Part shown: one piece after another, positions 12,400 to 25,600 of the stretch
How positions within the stretch are numbered: position 1 is the stretch's first letter
Layout: every line of letters starts with the position of its first letter
Source: Klebsormidium nitens
Taxonomy: Eukaryota > Plantae > Klebsormidiophyceae
NCBI GenBank assembly: GCA_000708835.1
Contig: DF237005.1
Coordinates: 163,943 to 227,942, forward strand
DNA: 64,000 bases
Reading direction: 5' to 3'
Made by a program: the position numbers and the translations under genes
Notes under the pieces: generated by a model
What the model was told of the DNA's origin: nothing
The model's database searches: none
Seen by the model: the letters and a program-made list of their open reading frames with translations, nothing else

Positions 12400-12740
12400 G
12401 TCATGTTTTACATGACGTGAGCTAGGCGTAGATGGTCATGCCAAATAATACGCGGGGGAAAGCGGCTTGCGAGCTAGGGGCCTGCATCTGGGAAATCCAG
12501 GATTACCTGGATCATTTAGCAAATTGCATGCAATGTCTATGCTAAGATTGCAGTGCATGTGCTCCGCAACAATGGTTGCATGCATATATATTAGTATGCA
12601 GCCATATCACATGCATGGATGCGCAGGCCCATGTGAAGCAACAATTGTGCTCAAGCATATTGCCTATTATGACGCTACGCCACATCACCACTTGCAAATG
12701 ACACATGCAGATATGGCAACCAATATGTGACGCTGACACG
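12400..12740. other. CATG/TGCA-dense patch containing several RY-like CATGCA motifs
   Basis: By eye, 7 CATG and 11 TGCA occur in 12481-12720, where about 1 of each is expected. Confidence 0.6.
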
Positions 12741-13182
12741 AAATGGGACCCCAGGATTTTGCAGCAGGCTCCTGCGAACTACAGGCATATATCAGCTCTT
12801 GCCCGTTTGGAATCCGCTTATCGGCAATCTGAACTTAACTATCTGATTTGGAGACTACAAATTGGGCTGCCAGTTACAAAAGCCGTATAAATTTTCCGAT
12901 CGTCGAGAGAACATGACGCGCGCGGAGAAGATGAAAAAGAAGACAAGTAAAGGCAAGGCATAAGGTGGGACATCGACACGTTGATGTGTCCAACTCCTAA
13001 GCGTAACAACCTAGGCGCCTCTGCATACGTACCTAATATTTACAGCTCGGCCACGAGTAGAGGGCTTAGGAAAGTCCCACCACCGCTGCACAAACTGGCT
13101 CAGCTGATCGGCCCATTCTGGCTAGTAGGACTACCCTCTTGAAACTCGTGAAACGACAGAAAGCGAACGGGAGGAACGTAGC

Positions 13183-16100
13183 TCAACTCTTCGACTCTGT
13201 TTGTGACTTGTGCGCATCACCCATCTTTCCACTTACCCCCGGCTTCATGCAGTTTTTCCCAAGGCCAGCAAGAATCCCGTTCCGACTCCCATTCAACCCC
13301 TCTAGCGTCTTAGCCTCGAGTTCCAGAATCTGCATTCTAAGCGCTGCCTTCCGCGCATGACTCAAATCGTCTCCTGCTACGGGCGACTTCGGCCCCGGCT
13401 CGTCCGCCAGACGACTCATGCTCGCAACCTTGTAACCCATGGCCCCGAGGTCGCTCGTCGACATAGACAAGCCACGTGTTGCGCTCAGGTCGCTGTGCGA
13501 GCCCCGCCGTGCAACCGGAACCGCCACCACTGGGGGCACGCTCACATCCGCCGCGGCGTTGCCCTCGCTCGAGACAGACGTCCTCCGATATGCCGCTGCC
13601 GCCTGCTGCTCCTTCGACATCCCGCTGACGTCATCCACCGTGCCCCGGGGCCGGAGGCCCGACCCGAAGTCTATCGAGCTGTCGCTCTCGCGCCGCGAGT
13701 GGTCCCCGCTGCGCAGCTCCGACGCAGAGTCGCGCCGGGGGAGCGTCCGCTCGAGCGGCCCGCTGAACGCGTGCCGGTCCGGCCGGTACGGCCGCTCTGA
13801 CACGCCCGGCCCCTCCATTGCCACGCTGCCCTCTTTTTTAATCCCGGCCTCGAGCCGGCCCGAGTGGCCCGCCTCTTCCCGCCGGATCGCAGCCTCCGCC
13901 CGCTTCGGCTCCTCTTCTCTCCGCCCCTCCTCCTTTCTCAAAGTATCTTCCCTGCGGATCCCGCTCTCCGCCCTCTTTGGCACATCCACCGCCGCCGACC
14001 GAACCGGTACTTCTCTCTCTTCCCGTCTGACGCCCGGCGCGGGCGGGTTGAGGCTGTCTTCGCGCCGGAAACTGCCCTCGTGCCGCCCGGAGTGCCCCGG
14101 ACCGTCCCCGCCCTCTCTCCGCATGCTAGCGGGATCCTCCTTGCGCGTGCCTGGAGGCCGTTCCTCACGCCGGGGAGGGGGCTCGTCCAGCGAGTCCCGC
14201 CGGGCCAGTGAACCTGGAGGAGGTGCAGCATCTTCAGACCTGACTTGCAATGCTTGTTGGCAGCAGGGAACCACTCTCTCGTACCAATAGAACAAGAAAG
14301 CACTTTCATGGGGGCGGCCGCTGGTGGCGCACGCTAATCAATAGAAATCACAAGCAGCTGCAGAAGAAGCAGATGTAACCTTCGCTAACGAGTACAGGAC
14401 TGTGCCACTGCAAAGAAACGCCGCTGAATGAGCTTCCCAAAGAGCCGAGAAAGGCACATACATTTCACACAATGAGACAGCTCAGGCATAGATATTCTTA
14501 GGTGCAGTGCAGACACTTAGCTGCAGTAAACCTCTGCAAAGAAAAGCAAGCAGAGCACTCCCGGAGCCCCACCTGAGAGCGTGCTTCCCAACTTCCTCCC
14601 CTCCTCCTCCTTGGCCACCACCCTTTTCACCACCTCCAACACCGGCCGCCTACTCGGGCCGCCCGCCACTGCCTCGGGCGCCCGGGGGGTGACCCCGGGG
14701 CTGGGCCCTGCGGTGGCACCTGCCGCGCGCGGCGGCTTCTCAGCCCCTGTGGTGCTGCCAGCAACCACGCCAGAGACAGGGCCCTCACGCTTGATGGGCT
14801 GCTCAGGCTCGCGCCTGGGGGCGGGGGCGGGGTGGGGCGAGAACTGGGCCCTGTTCTCCTGGACCATTTGCTCCAGGGCCGCGGTGGGGTCGTCGGGAGC
14901 GGGCCGGGCGGCGGCCTTGCTGACGGCATCCTGACCCTCCTGCCTTGCCGCCTCCAGCCCAACCTGGAAGAGGAAGAGGGGCAAGGTTGTAAACTTTCGA
15001 AGGGCGACAAGAAGGAATAAGTGACTGAAAAGGTGACTTCATGAAGGGAGTACAGCAGATATGTAAGACGCTTCCTGCTTCTCCTGGTGCCAAACTACTT
15101 GCGTGCACCACAACATGCAAGTGCTCTCTATGCACAATCAGTGGACCGAGAATCACCAATCAAGCAATCAGGCGGTCAAGCCCCGGACAAGTCTCTACGC
15201 TGGCTAGGACTAACATAACTGTACTTGCCCCATTGTCTCTGTTATGATGATTTAAAGAAGTCAGCTCTCGAAAGCGCTAAAAACACGGCCAATCCTACGA
15301 TGTACCATCTGGATCTATCCTCAGAGTTCGGGGTAGAGACGGCCATCCACAGAGAAGCATCACGGAAATTCCGCGCATGAAACCTTTATGAAGCCATGTC
15401 CAATGCACTCGTTGACAATTCGTTGGAGCAAATGACTAGCAAGAGGCTCTATTCAAATTACCTGGGCCCAGAACCAGGAACTCTCTCCTCCGACCAAGGG
15501 CACTCCTAGCTGGCCACAGGAACACAAAAACTCCTCAGAAGACCCGTTAAGTATAGCTGCTCTCAATCAATTCAAGCACACGACGCAGAACAAATGGACT
15601 ACTTCAGACTCACAGCTCGGCTGAATACTCTGCTTTTGAGGCAAGAATCTCAGAAACCTTCTAGGTGCTTCTTTGTAAAGGATCAAGACTTCGACTGACC
15701 ACCAACAGCTTTGCCCAAAGCCCACCTTGATCCTGTGCAGGCTCGCCGCAGTGTCCCGGATGACTGCCTTGGCCATCTCCGGGTTAGCGTCCTTGGGGAA
15801 CACCTCGGTGTCGTCTAGCAGCGGTCCACTCGAGCTGCGCCTGAATCCTGGCACGTGCTGAAGCACCGACTCTGGGGGCGGTGTCTGAGCGCGGGCGGGG
15901 TAATTTCCCTCCAGGTTGATGCCGCCCAAGCTGGATCCGCGAGAGACAGCGTGGAGCATCTGGCGGCGGCTGTCGGGGGAGGAGGCGTGAGAGGGGATCT
16001 GGGAGTCCTGCCCCTGCAGGTCGCCCTTGCTGCCAGCCCTGGAGAGTGGAGAAAGGAGGCTCGGTTGTGGCCAGCAAAGCCAACCAGAAAAACGGAAGAG

Positions 16101-19100
16101 CATTATGATCGTCCACATCTAAAATCCTGCATTTCTGAAGAGCTTGATATGAGCAGAACAATCTTGCTAACCCAAAGGTTGCCAAGAGCACTCCCTGAAC
16201 AGAGCTCGACATCTGATCTCAAATTGACCCTTGCTCAACATGTAAGTAGCCCTTTTTTGACGACTGCCAGCAGAGGCAGATTGCGTCTTAATGACCAAAT
16301 GCCTGCCTAAAATTACATACTTGATTTAGAAATGATGCCTGCCAGCAGAGGCAGATTGCGCCTGAACCACCAAACGCCTGCCTAAAACTACGTACTAAAT
16401 TTGGAAGCGTATGCTTTTCAAGCTACCAATCTGCTCCTTCTCCATTCATAGATACCAGGACACAAGAGTAGTCCTGAAAAGCGCCTCATCACTTGTGCGT
16501 CTGCCTATGCCTCTAACAACCAAGCTTCAGAAGGCCCCGATGACCTTTTAAGCACCGCCAAAAGGCCCCTCATCGAAGACCAGAAGTGCATGAGCAGGCA
16601 TCCCTGAGATTGTGAAGAGGCACCCCACTTATCTGTGCTTCAGGTGAGCAATTTACTTGAAGAATCCCCTCAAGACTGGAACTTGACCCAACTAAGCACA
16701 GCTTCTCACCTCTTGTGCTTCTGCTTGATCAACTTCAGCGCCTCCTCGTGCTTCTTCTGCATCTCCCTCAGCTGCTCCGCGTGGATCCGGGACAGCTCCT
16801 CCATCTCCTTCCTTGTGTCCTCATCCCCCTCATCATCATCCTCCTCCTCTCCCGCATTCTCCCCCACCTTTAGCGACGGCAGCTCTAGCGGCCCCTTCCT
16901 CAAGCTCCCCCTGGCACTGCCCCCCTCCTCCTGCCAGCCTGCCTTCTCCCGGGCACTCACAATGTCTCGCCAGGTGTCGTGCGCATACGGCACGCGCCCC
17001 TCCGCGCGCCTCGACTCCACCCACGTGTTGAACGTCTCGCTGGCTGGCTTGCCCTCGAGATCCTCGCTGGACGCCATGCTGGACGTCCGGCTGACCGAGT
17101 TTTTGACTGCTGCTGCGTACGACCGCGACGAGTCGTCGCCGCTGCCCCGACGGGGGGAGGGCGTCCCGCTCTTCCCCACAGGACTTGCGCGGCCGCGGGG
17201 GATAGGGTGGGGCGAGGTTTGCCTGCTCCGGAGGGGGGATGAGGGGTGGCTCTCAACAGGAGATGGCTGCCCGCTGCGCTCAGGAGAGTGGTTGAGGCGC
17301 AGGCCTGGGCTGAGCCTGCCCCCCCCGGCCAGCTCCAACTCATCGCCGCTGCCAACCCCCTGCTGCGCCCTGCGCAGATCATCGTCTGAGAGACCCAGTC
17401 TGCTCACGGGGCGAGAGCCTGCGCCTGCCCCCCTGCGGGCACCCTCGTCCAGATCCACAGAGCCCTGCCTGCTGGCATTTCTGCTGCTTGGGCCCTCCGC
17501 ACGGCGGGTGCGCTCCGGGGAGGGCTGCTTGCGTTCCATTTTCTCTGGCTGCAGGGCTTCCTGCTGCTCTAGTTTGCGCGCGCGTGCGGCCTCAGCCGAC
17601 GGTTCAGCCGGGGCGGGTTTCTTTGACTGGAGGCTCGCGCCCCGCTCAGATCTGCTGACGGAGCGCCTTTCGTCCTCCTCCTCGGACCTGTCTAGTTTTC
17701 TTGTCGCCTTCCTCCCCCGCCCACCCTCGAACCCCTCCTCCCCACTCACATGCTCTAAGTTTCGACCAGCTGGCGTCTGCGTGGGGGACTTGAGAGACTC
17801 CTCTTCTTCGAAGGAGTCACTCGAGTCACTCGAGAAGCCGTCCCCGTATGGGTAGTTGGCCCGCAGCTCCTCAAATCGGCTGTGCGTGTTCTCGTTCTCC
17901 TCCCGGTACCGCGGGCTGTGGTAACCATGCGGCGATGACAGCCCCGGAGATCTGGACAGCTCGTGCGCCCGGTCCATGAGCGCAGAACCCTCTGATGAGG
18001 CATACGAGAGCGGCTCAAACTCGTTGTGCAGGGGCACGCTGGAGGGTTCCGCTACGTAGCTGGCATTGGACTCCCCACGCCTGAGCATCCGCTTATCCCC
18101 CGGTTCTAGTTCTTTGTAGTTGGGAACCAGGTTCTCCACCTCAGCATCGATCATGCTGGCAATGGTCTCCACGTCCTGCTCCGACAGGTCCAGCTCGGTA
18201 ACCATCTCCCGGGCAACGCTCTGAGCCGTGTCCATCTCGACATCGAAAGGGAACTGGATGTTCCGAACATGGCCTGCAGAGAAGTTGCCCCATAGGTTGA
18301 TAGGCTGTTTGCAAGGTTATCGAACATGGCGCCAAGGCAAAGATACACTAGAGGAGGCAATTCAGCAAGATATACTGATGGATAGACAAACGGCTAGCAA
18401 GCAGCAAACGAAGAAGCTGTCATTTCCATAGATCTGTGGTCTTTCTTTCATGGCGGCATGATATATAAGTAACATGGCAGCAAATCAGAAGGAAGGCAGT
18501 GAGCAGAAGCATAGAATCCTTGCGAAAGACCCAAGATCAATGGCCAAGGTAACCTTCACACACAACAAAGTCCTAGACTTGTAACAAAATCCTTGATAGT
18601 GGGGACCACAAGGACAACAGCAACATGCAACTGTATGCATAAGCAGAGGAGCCATGTAAACAGTCGACAATGCAGAGAACATCAAACCAATGACACCCTG
18701 AGGTAAGCATGCCGCTCGTCTGCTTACCTTCTTGATCTGCAATTCTCAACCGCAGGAAGAGCGTATCATCGTCTCGGATCTTTCCCTTCACCCTGAAGTC
18801 CCTGGTGGTGCTGGAATGCGGCTGCTCCTCGACGGACTTGTCATCGCCCTCGCTGTCCTCAACCACATCTTTGTCCCTCCCATCCCCCTCCTCGCTAAGG
18901 TCATCCCTTGGCTCTGAAGGGCTGACAGACCCATTCTCATCCCCTTCGCCTTTCTCCCTGCCCTTCAAAGACTGGCCCGACTGGAGAGAGTCCTCCGACG
19001 ACGAATGCACATGCTGACTTGCCACGCTCCCCTCGCCCTTCTTGCTGACCTTTCCCCCGTACATTGACCCGCTCCCTCCCACTGACTGGTCCTGAGGGGA

Positions 19101-21180
19101 GACCTTGGCACTGCTGCTGTTGCTGTCCAGCTTCCCAGGCTCGTCCTCCTGCTCGAACCCGCTCCGAGGAATCTCCACCACCCTGAGCTGTGGCTCTTCA
19201 TCCGCCCGCGAGACCCGCGCCCTGCGCTCTCCCACCTCACTGAACGAGTTCCTGCTCATCCTTCCCGCGTCCACATCAGAGAGGGACTCTGATCTGGAAA
19301 GAGGCAGCAAGGCATCATTCGGCTCCCCATCGGGTTTGTCGACTTGCAGAAACGGGTCCATCAGAAGCTCCCGTGCCGGCAGCCTGTGGCTCACGGGCTC
19401 CAAGCACTTCTCCACAAACTGGCGCACCTCCTGATCCTTCACTTTCTCCAAAGAAGCAGGCTTCTTTCCCTGGATTAAACACAGGGATATGATTCAGCTC
19501 TTGACTACAGTCAGCTATCAACTACCAATCCGCTCTCCACTCGCAATGCCGCTCTCAGCTGCAATGTAGAAGACCTGGCACTGGAATTGAGATACATCCC
19601 AGAAAGGCAGTCTTTGCGCTGGTTCAAGCAAGCAGTCCCAATTTGATTTGGAACACATTGTTTGTTGCACTGCTTAAGATCAAGCAAGGACACTGGTGCT
19701 TGCCGCGCATATGCAAGGCCTGTGCGCGTGCTTACCGCCATGACCTTCTTGTAGATCTGAGCAGCATTTATGCATTCGCTGTACGGGTACTCGAAGGTCA
19801 CCATCTCGAGCAAGCACATGCCGAAGGAGTAGATATCCACAAGCTCGTTGTATTCCTCCTCATACAGCTCAGGGGCCATGAACTCTGGAGTACCTGTGAT
19901 AGTGAACATGCCAAACTCAACCTCCAAAAGAAGACAACTGTCAAAGATGACCGTTGTTTGTCTCTGCGACAACACCAACTAAGCTTACAGAGCTTTTGGA
20001 CGTCAGATCTTTCAAACATGCCGACCAAAAAGAAGCTAGGAGGACACTGAAGTGCATTGACCCATCCTTGAGAACTCACCAATGACACTATGCGCAGCGT
20101 GGGCCTGTCGCAAAATGGCCGCCAACCCGAGGTCCCCAATCTTCACTTCACCCTGATTCCCGTTCACAAAGATGTTATCGCACTTGAGATCCCTGTGTAT
20201 GATGGGGGGATCATGGCTATGCAGATAGAGCAGGCCCCTCAGGATCTGCCTGGACCAGCTCTTGACTGCCTTCATGTCAACATGCTTGTGCTTCTTGCGG
20301 TATCTGCAAGAGATGAATAGTCTTTCTCAGCAAGCAGTTAATCTTCTGGTGTGCAGACAAGCTCTTGAGCTTCTGCGCAGATCATGTGCAAAAGACATCC
20401 AACATGTATGAAGGAAACCAAGACCACTTGCAGCATGCAATTGACCCGAGCTGGACAAGCATTACCAGGCACAAAAGAGTGAGTGCAGAACACTTCCACC
20501 CCTGCATGCTCATCAACCTTGCACTTTTTGCACTTGGGGAGGTTGAACTTACTGGCGCAGTGTGCCTGACGTGAAAATCTCGGTGATGAAGTTCACGTTC
20601 TTGGTTTTTGTGTCCACCCAGGAGTGATAGAACTTGATGATGTTCTTGTGCTTCAGAGTCTTCAGAAGGTGAACTTCCGAGTACAAGCGTTCCAGATCAT
20701 CTGGATTCTGGAGGACGTCCTGTACTTTCACCTGATTCCAGGCAACTTCAATACCTTCCACTTCATCGAAAGCTCTGTAGACTGTCTTGAAGGCTCCTTT
20801 GCCCAGCACCTCGTCATACTGCAAATGAAAGGCACAGTAAGGACCTAAGACATTGGGCAAGGGAGCCCCTCAGCTGAGCCATTGCACCTATATTTTCAAC
20901 GAAAGTAAGAGCAATCTGTGGACGCCCCAACCAGCTGCAGATGTCGAAACTGGAGAGTCGAGTACACTAAGAGAATCCTATGAAACTGCTATGAAAGTGC
21001 TGAGCAGGCTCTGACTCCGTTGAGACAACAGGGAATGACAGAAACCATGGGAGTGGGGACAACACTTACCCGACCATAACGACCGGACGGGTCCATCTCC
21101 ACATATTTTTCCTTGTCATCATCAGCATCAGGGGGCTCAACAGGAGTCCCCCCTTCCCCTTCTGCTGGCACCTCAGCCAT
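13183..21180 (-). CDS. WNK: WNK (with-no-lysine) Ser/Thr kinase with a very long low-complexity C-terminus
   Basis: Exons approximately 21180-21070, 20818-20553, 20303-20080, 19893-19735, 19471-18728, 18275-16710, 16046-15727, 14963-14577 and 14235-13183. Motifs: [76 protein letters not shown] and the plant WNK C-terminal domain [35 protein letters not shown]. Confidence 0.95.
16260..16410. repeat. Intronic tandem duplication (about 77-bp unit x2) in WNK
   Basis: ctgccagcagaggcagattgcg...tgcctgcctaaaa occurs at about 16264 and about 16339. Confidence 0.75.
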
Positions 21181-22669
21181 ATTGCTGGAGCCTTTGGTAA
21201 CTGCTCCTCAACCAGGATCAAGATGAGGACCTACAACGGTGCACAGCTAATGAAACCCGCCAACTACAGGCTTTTCCAAGCATAATACTGTGTTCTTCTG
21301 CTTCCATCCTTCGCCCACAACAGTGCTACCCCGCTGATTGAATCCAGACCTGCACAGCGAGGAGCTTTGCAGTCCCAGCTAAGTGGAATAATGAACCTGC
21401 TCCGTGCTCGGTCAGATGAAAGCCTCTTACAGAGTCCTCAGCTGCATGGAAGCGCACCCACGCGACAACGTCCACTACCCATCCAACACCCTCACCTAAA
21501 CTTCTCCCCCAGTCCCTGCCAATGCTAAAGGGGAAGCAGAATCACAGTCTTCTATGGCTAGTAACCTTCCACTTGTAACAGGAGTCCACATATCCAGGAC
21601 ACCACAGCGCCAAAGCCAATCAGATTCAGGGGCGAGGGCTTCCAAGGGTACTTTTCGCCCTTTCTAGCTCGACCTTCTTCTTCTTGGCCTCGAGCAACCT
21701 GGGCTTGTGGCTGTTGCAGCTTTTGTCCCTCCCGGTACAAGGCGCCGGCTACCGGGATTCCCGCCCGGAGTGGTCGATTACCAGTTGGTACACTAACGTG
21801 GGTACCATACCCACTCAGATCACCCGGGCACTGGACCAGGTGATCACCTGATCGATCCTGGAGCAACTTGAATGCAAATCTAGGGCCGAAAAGCTTACGT
21901 ATCGAACCTTACACAGGGATTGGGTTGTACATCGCAGCCGTTCCATCTTCGAACAGTCGCGGTTATCTGCATGCCCCGGTCAGCATTTTGTAGACTTGGC
22001 CGTCGGTCCATGGGCAGCATGCCCTGGGGCCTGGAGGTCAAAAGGGACCGCTGTTCACGCTCCCCGGTGATAAACTCCCCGAGGCTCTCGCTCGAAGGGT
22101 TCCCCCCGGGGTCATGGGCCCGTGCTTCCACCGGTGATCACGGAGACGCTCTCTTTCAATCTGCGAACTAGAGCGAGAACCGCCTTGGAGATATGTCTGA
22201 TGTGGATATGGGACTTTATCCTAACCGTCCAATGTCTTTGATCGACTGTCCTAAATGCCGAAATGGATTGCGGGCAGCTAGACTCATCTCTGTACTAACA
22301 AGTAGACTGTGGTGCCTGCACATGCCATTGAATTCATGAAGGCTGGCAAGGCTGGCGCTCACGAGGCATTTGTGCTACGCAATCCCTTGGCATCGTCCTG
22401 GCCCCTCCATGTCCTCGCCTTTGGCATTTCTCCAGGCTTGACCTCCTGCAAAATGTGAAGTCCAATTGGCGCTTCTTTTGATTTTTCTGAGGAGCAGTAA
22501 ATGCAGAAAACACTTCAGAGCTTCAGATGAACTGGCGGCATTTTGATGGTCAAGGTGGTGACATTGAGCTGCAAGTACGTTGTTTGTCCGCAATTCAATC
22601 CTGATGAGCAGCTTGTGGGTGCAGATGACTGTGCACAGGAGTTGGCGTCTTCTGCAAAATGCCCACTGA

Positions 22670-25600
22670 GTGCACTCCCATTGCAATGTTTCCCCAGCTG
22701 TAGAGTTCGACATACGAGCAACTCTGATTATGGAAGGAAAGGCACTCTACCCTCTGTTTCATTGTCAGCCCCCGCGGAAGAAAGCAAAAGTCGAGAAAGA
22801 GAGACATTATACCACCACGAATAATGCAGACGACAAAGCCAAGGAGCGGCAGTCCGATCCAAAAAGCACAAGCAGCTTGGAATACACCGATGTCAGAAGC
22901 AGAGTGCAAACCACAGTTCCAGGTGTGTCAGCTCAGACTGTTGCTGATGCAGCTCAATCTGGTTTTGCACCTTCAGTATCCACCCCCGCAGGCGACAGAG
23001 ATCAGTTACAGCAACATGCTGACAGTAACCTGCCGTCAGAAGTCCTGCCAGGGTCTGTGGGAACAAGGAAAGCAAATGCTGCCCCTCTCACAGTTGCCAC
23101 AGGGGCCCTTGCCACGTTGATGGAAGCAGGGAGAACGCGGTTGTCGCGCCAACGATTTCAGTAAGTAGTCCTCATCACTACTTATTGACATTCTAATATC
23201 TGAGGAAAGTCTGATGGGGGTCCCACTGGAAACTCGTGGTCGAAGGGTTTAAAGAACAGGGCCAAAGTAGGTATAGTGTACTTGCATCGTTATGCTTAAT
23301 CAGATTTTTAAATCAAACCTTTTTCTATCGGTTCAGTCCCTATGAAGATATGTTACTGCGTACCTTTGGATTTCAAAGTCTAGGATTTCAAAGTCTAGAG
23401 AGGGTGACGTATCACCAATTCAACCACTCACAGAGCCGTCATTGATGAATCATTATCATCACAGGTTGACTCCTACTGACGTCATTGATGTATCATCATC
23501 ATCATCAGGAGGGGTTGAATCCTACTGAAATTGGTGTAGCAAGCAAGGACGAAGATGAAAAGTATGCAATGCTCTGGCCATCATGAACTTCTTTTGGATC
23601 TCATCAAACTGGTCATAACTTCGTACTTTCCCCTTTGCAGCCTTGACCTCCGTGAAGACGGCACCTACACATCAAGTTGGCAGAAGGAGACTCTGGCTTG
23701 CAAGGGAAACTCTGTCTGGAAAGCCGAGATAAAATTCAAAGATGGGTCAGGCAACAATGAGATCACCCTAACGGTGTCAACAGGGCAGCCAAGCTCCACA
23801 AAGGAACAGTCTCTCTGTTGGGAATGTCCACAGATGCTTAGCAACATCGACCAAGAGCGAAGGCCGAAGCTGTCCGCATCTGTAAGCAGACTTCAAGTGC
23901 TCCACGTCTCATTTATCAGTGTTCTCGACGGTTGAACAAGAATGATCGCTCTTCTCTTGATAGGCAGCTCGTTGGTTTCTTGCATTTCCATTTAAAGCGA
24001 GAATCACCTGTTGAAGTCCCCTCCTTAACGGCTTGCTCTTGTCCCTGATCGAGCTTGCTTCTCAAGACATTTGTTTGAATTACCGAGAAAAAGATGTCGT
24101 TTACAGGAGAGATCAGACAAGCAAGAAGCCTTTGGGTTCTTGCTCAGGAAATGTTTGGCCTGTCTTCTTGACTAACCCCAACAGCTTTCAAACTGGAATT
24201 GATATACGAACATTCCTCATTCCCACCTAGCGCTAAATTACTGCACCTGGTCGCGATATATGCCCATTTCCCTGATTATTGTGCATCCGATTGGTATTGA
24301 AAGCACCAATGAACCGCCAGTACAGGGCGGAGGTAGCTTGTCCAAAACCTTTGTCGAAAATTTTCAACCATAATTGGCGTTACATCTTTCCAGTTGCTCA
24401 AGAGCGCTGTCCAGAAGAATGTCCGATTGTGCCGGTCAAGCCCAGCAGTGAGGGCATCTTTGCACCTCATGAAGGTAAGTGTGATCAGAACCTTCATAGT
24501 CAACGTGTCTGTGCATATCTCTCAGATTGATCAGAGGTTACTCAGCTCTTCTGTTATCCTTCTCAGTTCATCCGAAGTCGAGTTCCAACTTGAATCTGGT
24601 TGTATTCCAATCACAAGGCACAATAGACATACACACGCGAGAAAGTTTATGAAGTTTGCGCATCTCTTGACAGGATGGTGTTGCTGAGCCGAAACACCTC
24701 TCTCTTTCGACCTTCTCTTCACAACCTTCCCTTGTGCTTCGAGCGAACTTCTGTTAAGAGTTCATTTGCTCGAACCCTGAACTCTTCAAACTTCTGCGAC
24801 CTTGTTGTTCAGGAGACCTATCCCGAAGCTCTAGCGAGTCTCAAATCTCCTTTCATGCAAGCTGTCCTTTCCAATTCTCCTTGTTTCGGCTCGCATATGC
24901 GGGTCAGAAGTAACTGTGCTCCACAATAACCGACTCGCGAACTTCTTGGGCAACATCCAACTCCTGAAGGGGATAACTCCTGACATTTTCACACGCTCGC
25001 TTCTGTTCCAAACTGCTCGGAATAAGACATGACGTCACTTGTTTGCAGGATAGCTGGTCAGAGTTCCTGCGGCGAGCCACAATCATTGCGTTAGAAGACG
25101 CCATTCTGCATCCGGACCTTCCGTTTCTTGTGTGGCTAACGGCTGCGGTTGCGAAGGTAGACTCTCATCTGCGCACTTGTTTCTTTTGCCGGAAGCTTTC
25201 TGTCAGTCGGGGGTTGACCTTTTTCCGGCTGAATTCGACGTCCGCATCATATGGATTGCTGAGGTCATCTCTTCCATAGCGGGCCGTCACTCCGCCAAAA
25301 CTTTTCGACGATCGGATGCCGTCAGCTGCCTTCCTTATTTCTTCTTCTTCGCATGACCTTTTCAATGCATTTTCTTGCAGGGGTACCAGCCTTCGAAGTT
25401 GCATGCAGCAGGTAAATTCAATGCACGCTTGTGCTGATTTGCTTTCACTTACTAGGACAAAGGGCTCCGTCGTGCTCTTTTCTCTATCAACCTTGCCCTC
25501 GTCCTTGTACGTGGACTCATGCGTGTATTTAAAAACATGGACATGCAAAGGGTACTCACTTGCGATGCAACGCGCTAGGGGTCGTTCCGAAAAAGATGTG

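Noticed and set aside
16635-17855. 406-aa plus-strand ORF (also the 283-aa ORF at 13439-14290)
   Set aside because: Antisense shadows of GC-rich WNK exons; Ser/Pro-rich with no domain.
21558-22171. Short ORFs and palindromes between WNK and the uncharacterised gene
   Set aside because: Consistent with a divergent promoter and 5' UTR; no coding signal or consistent splice phases.
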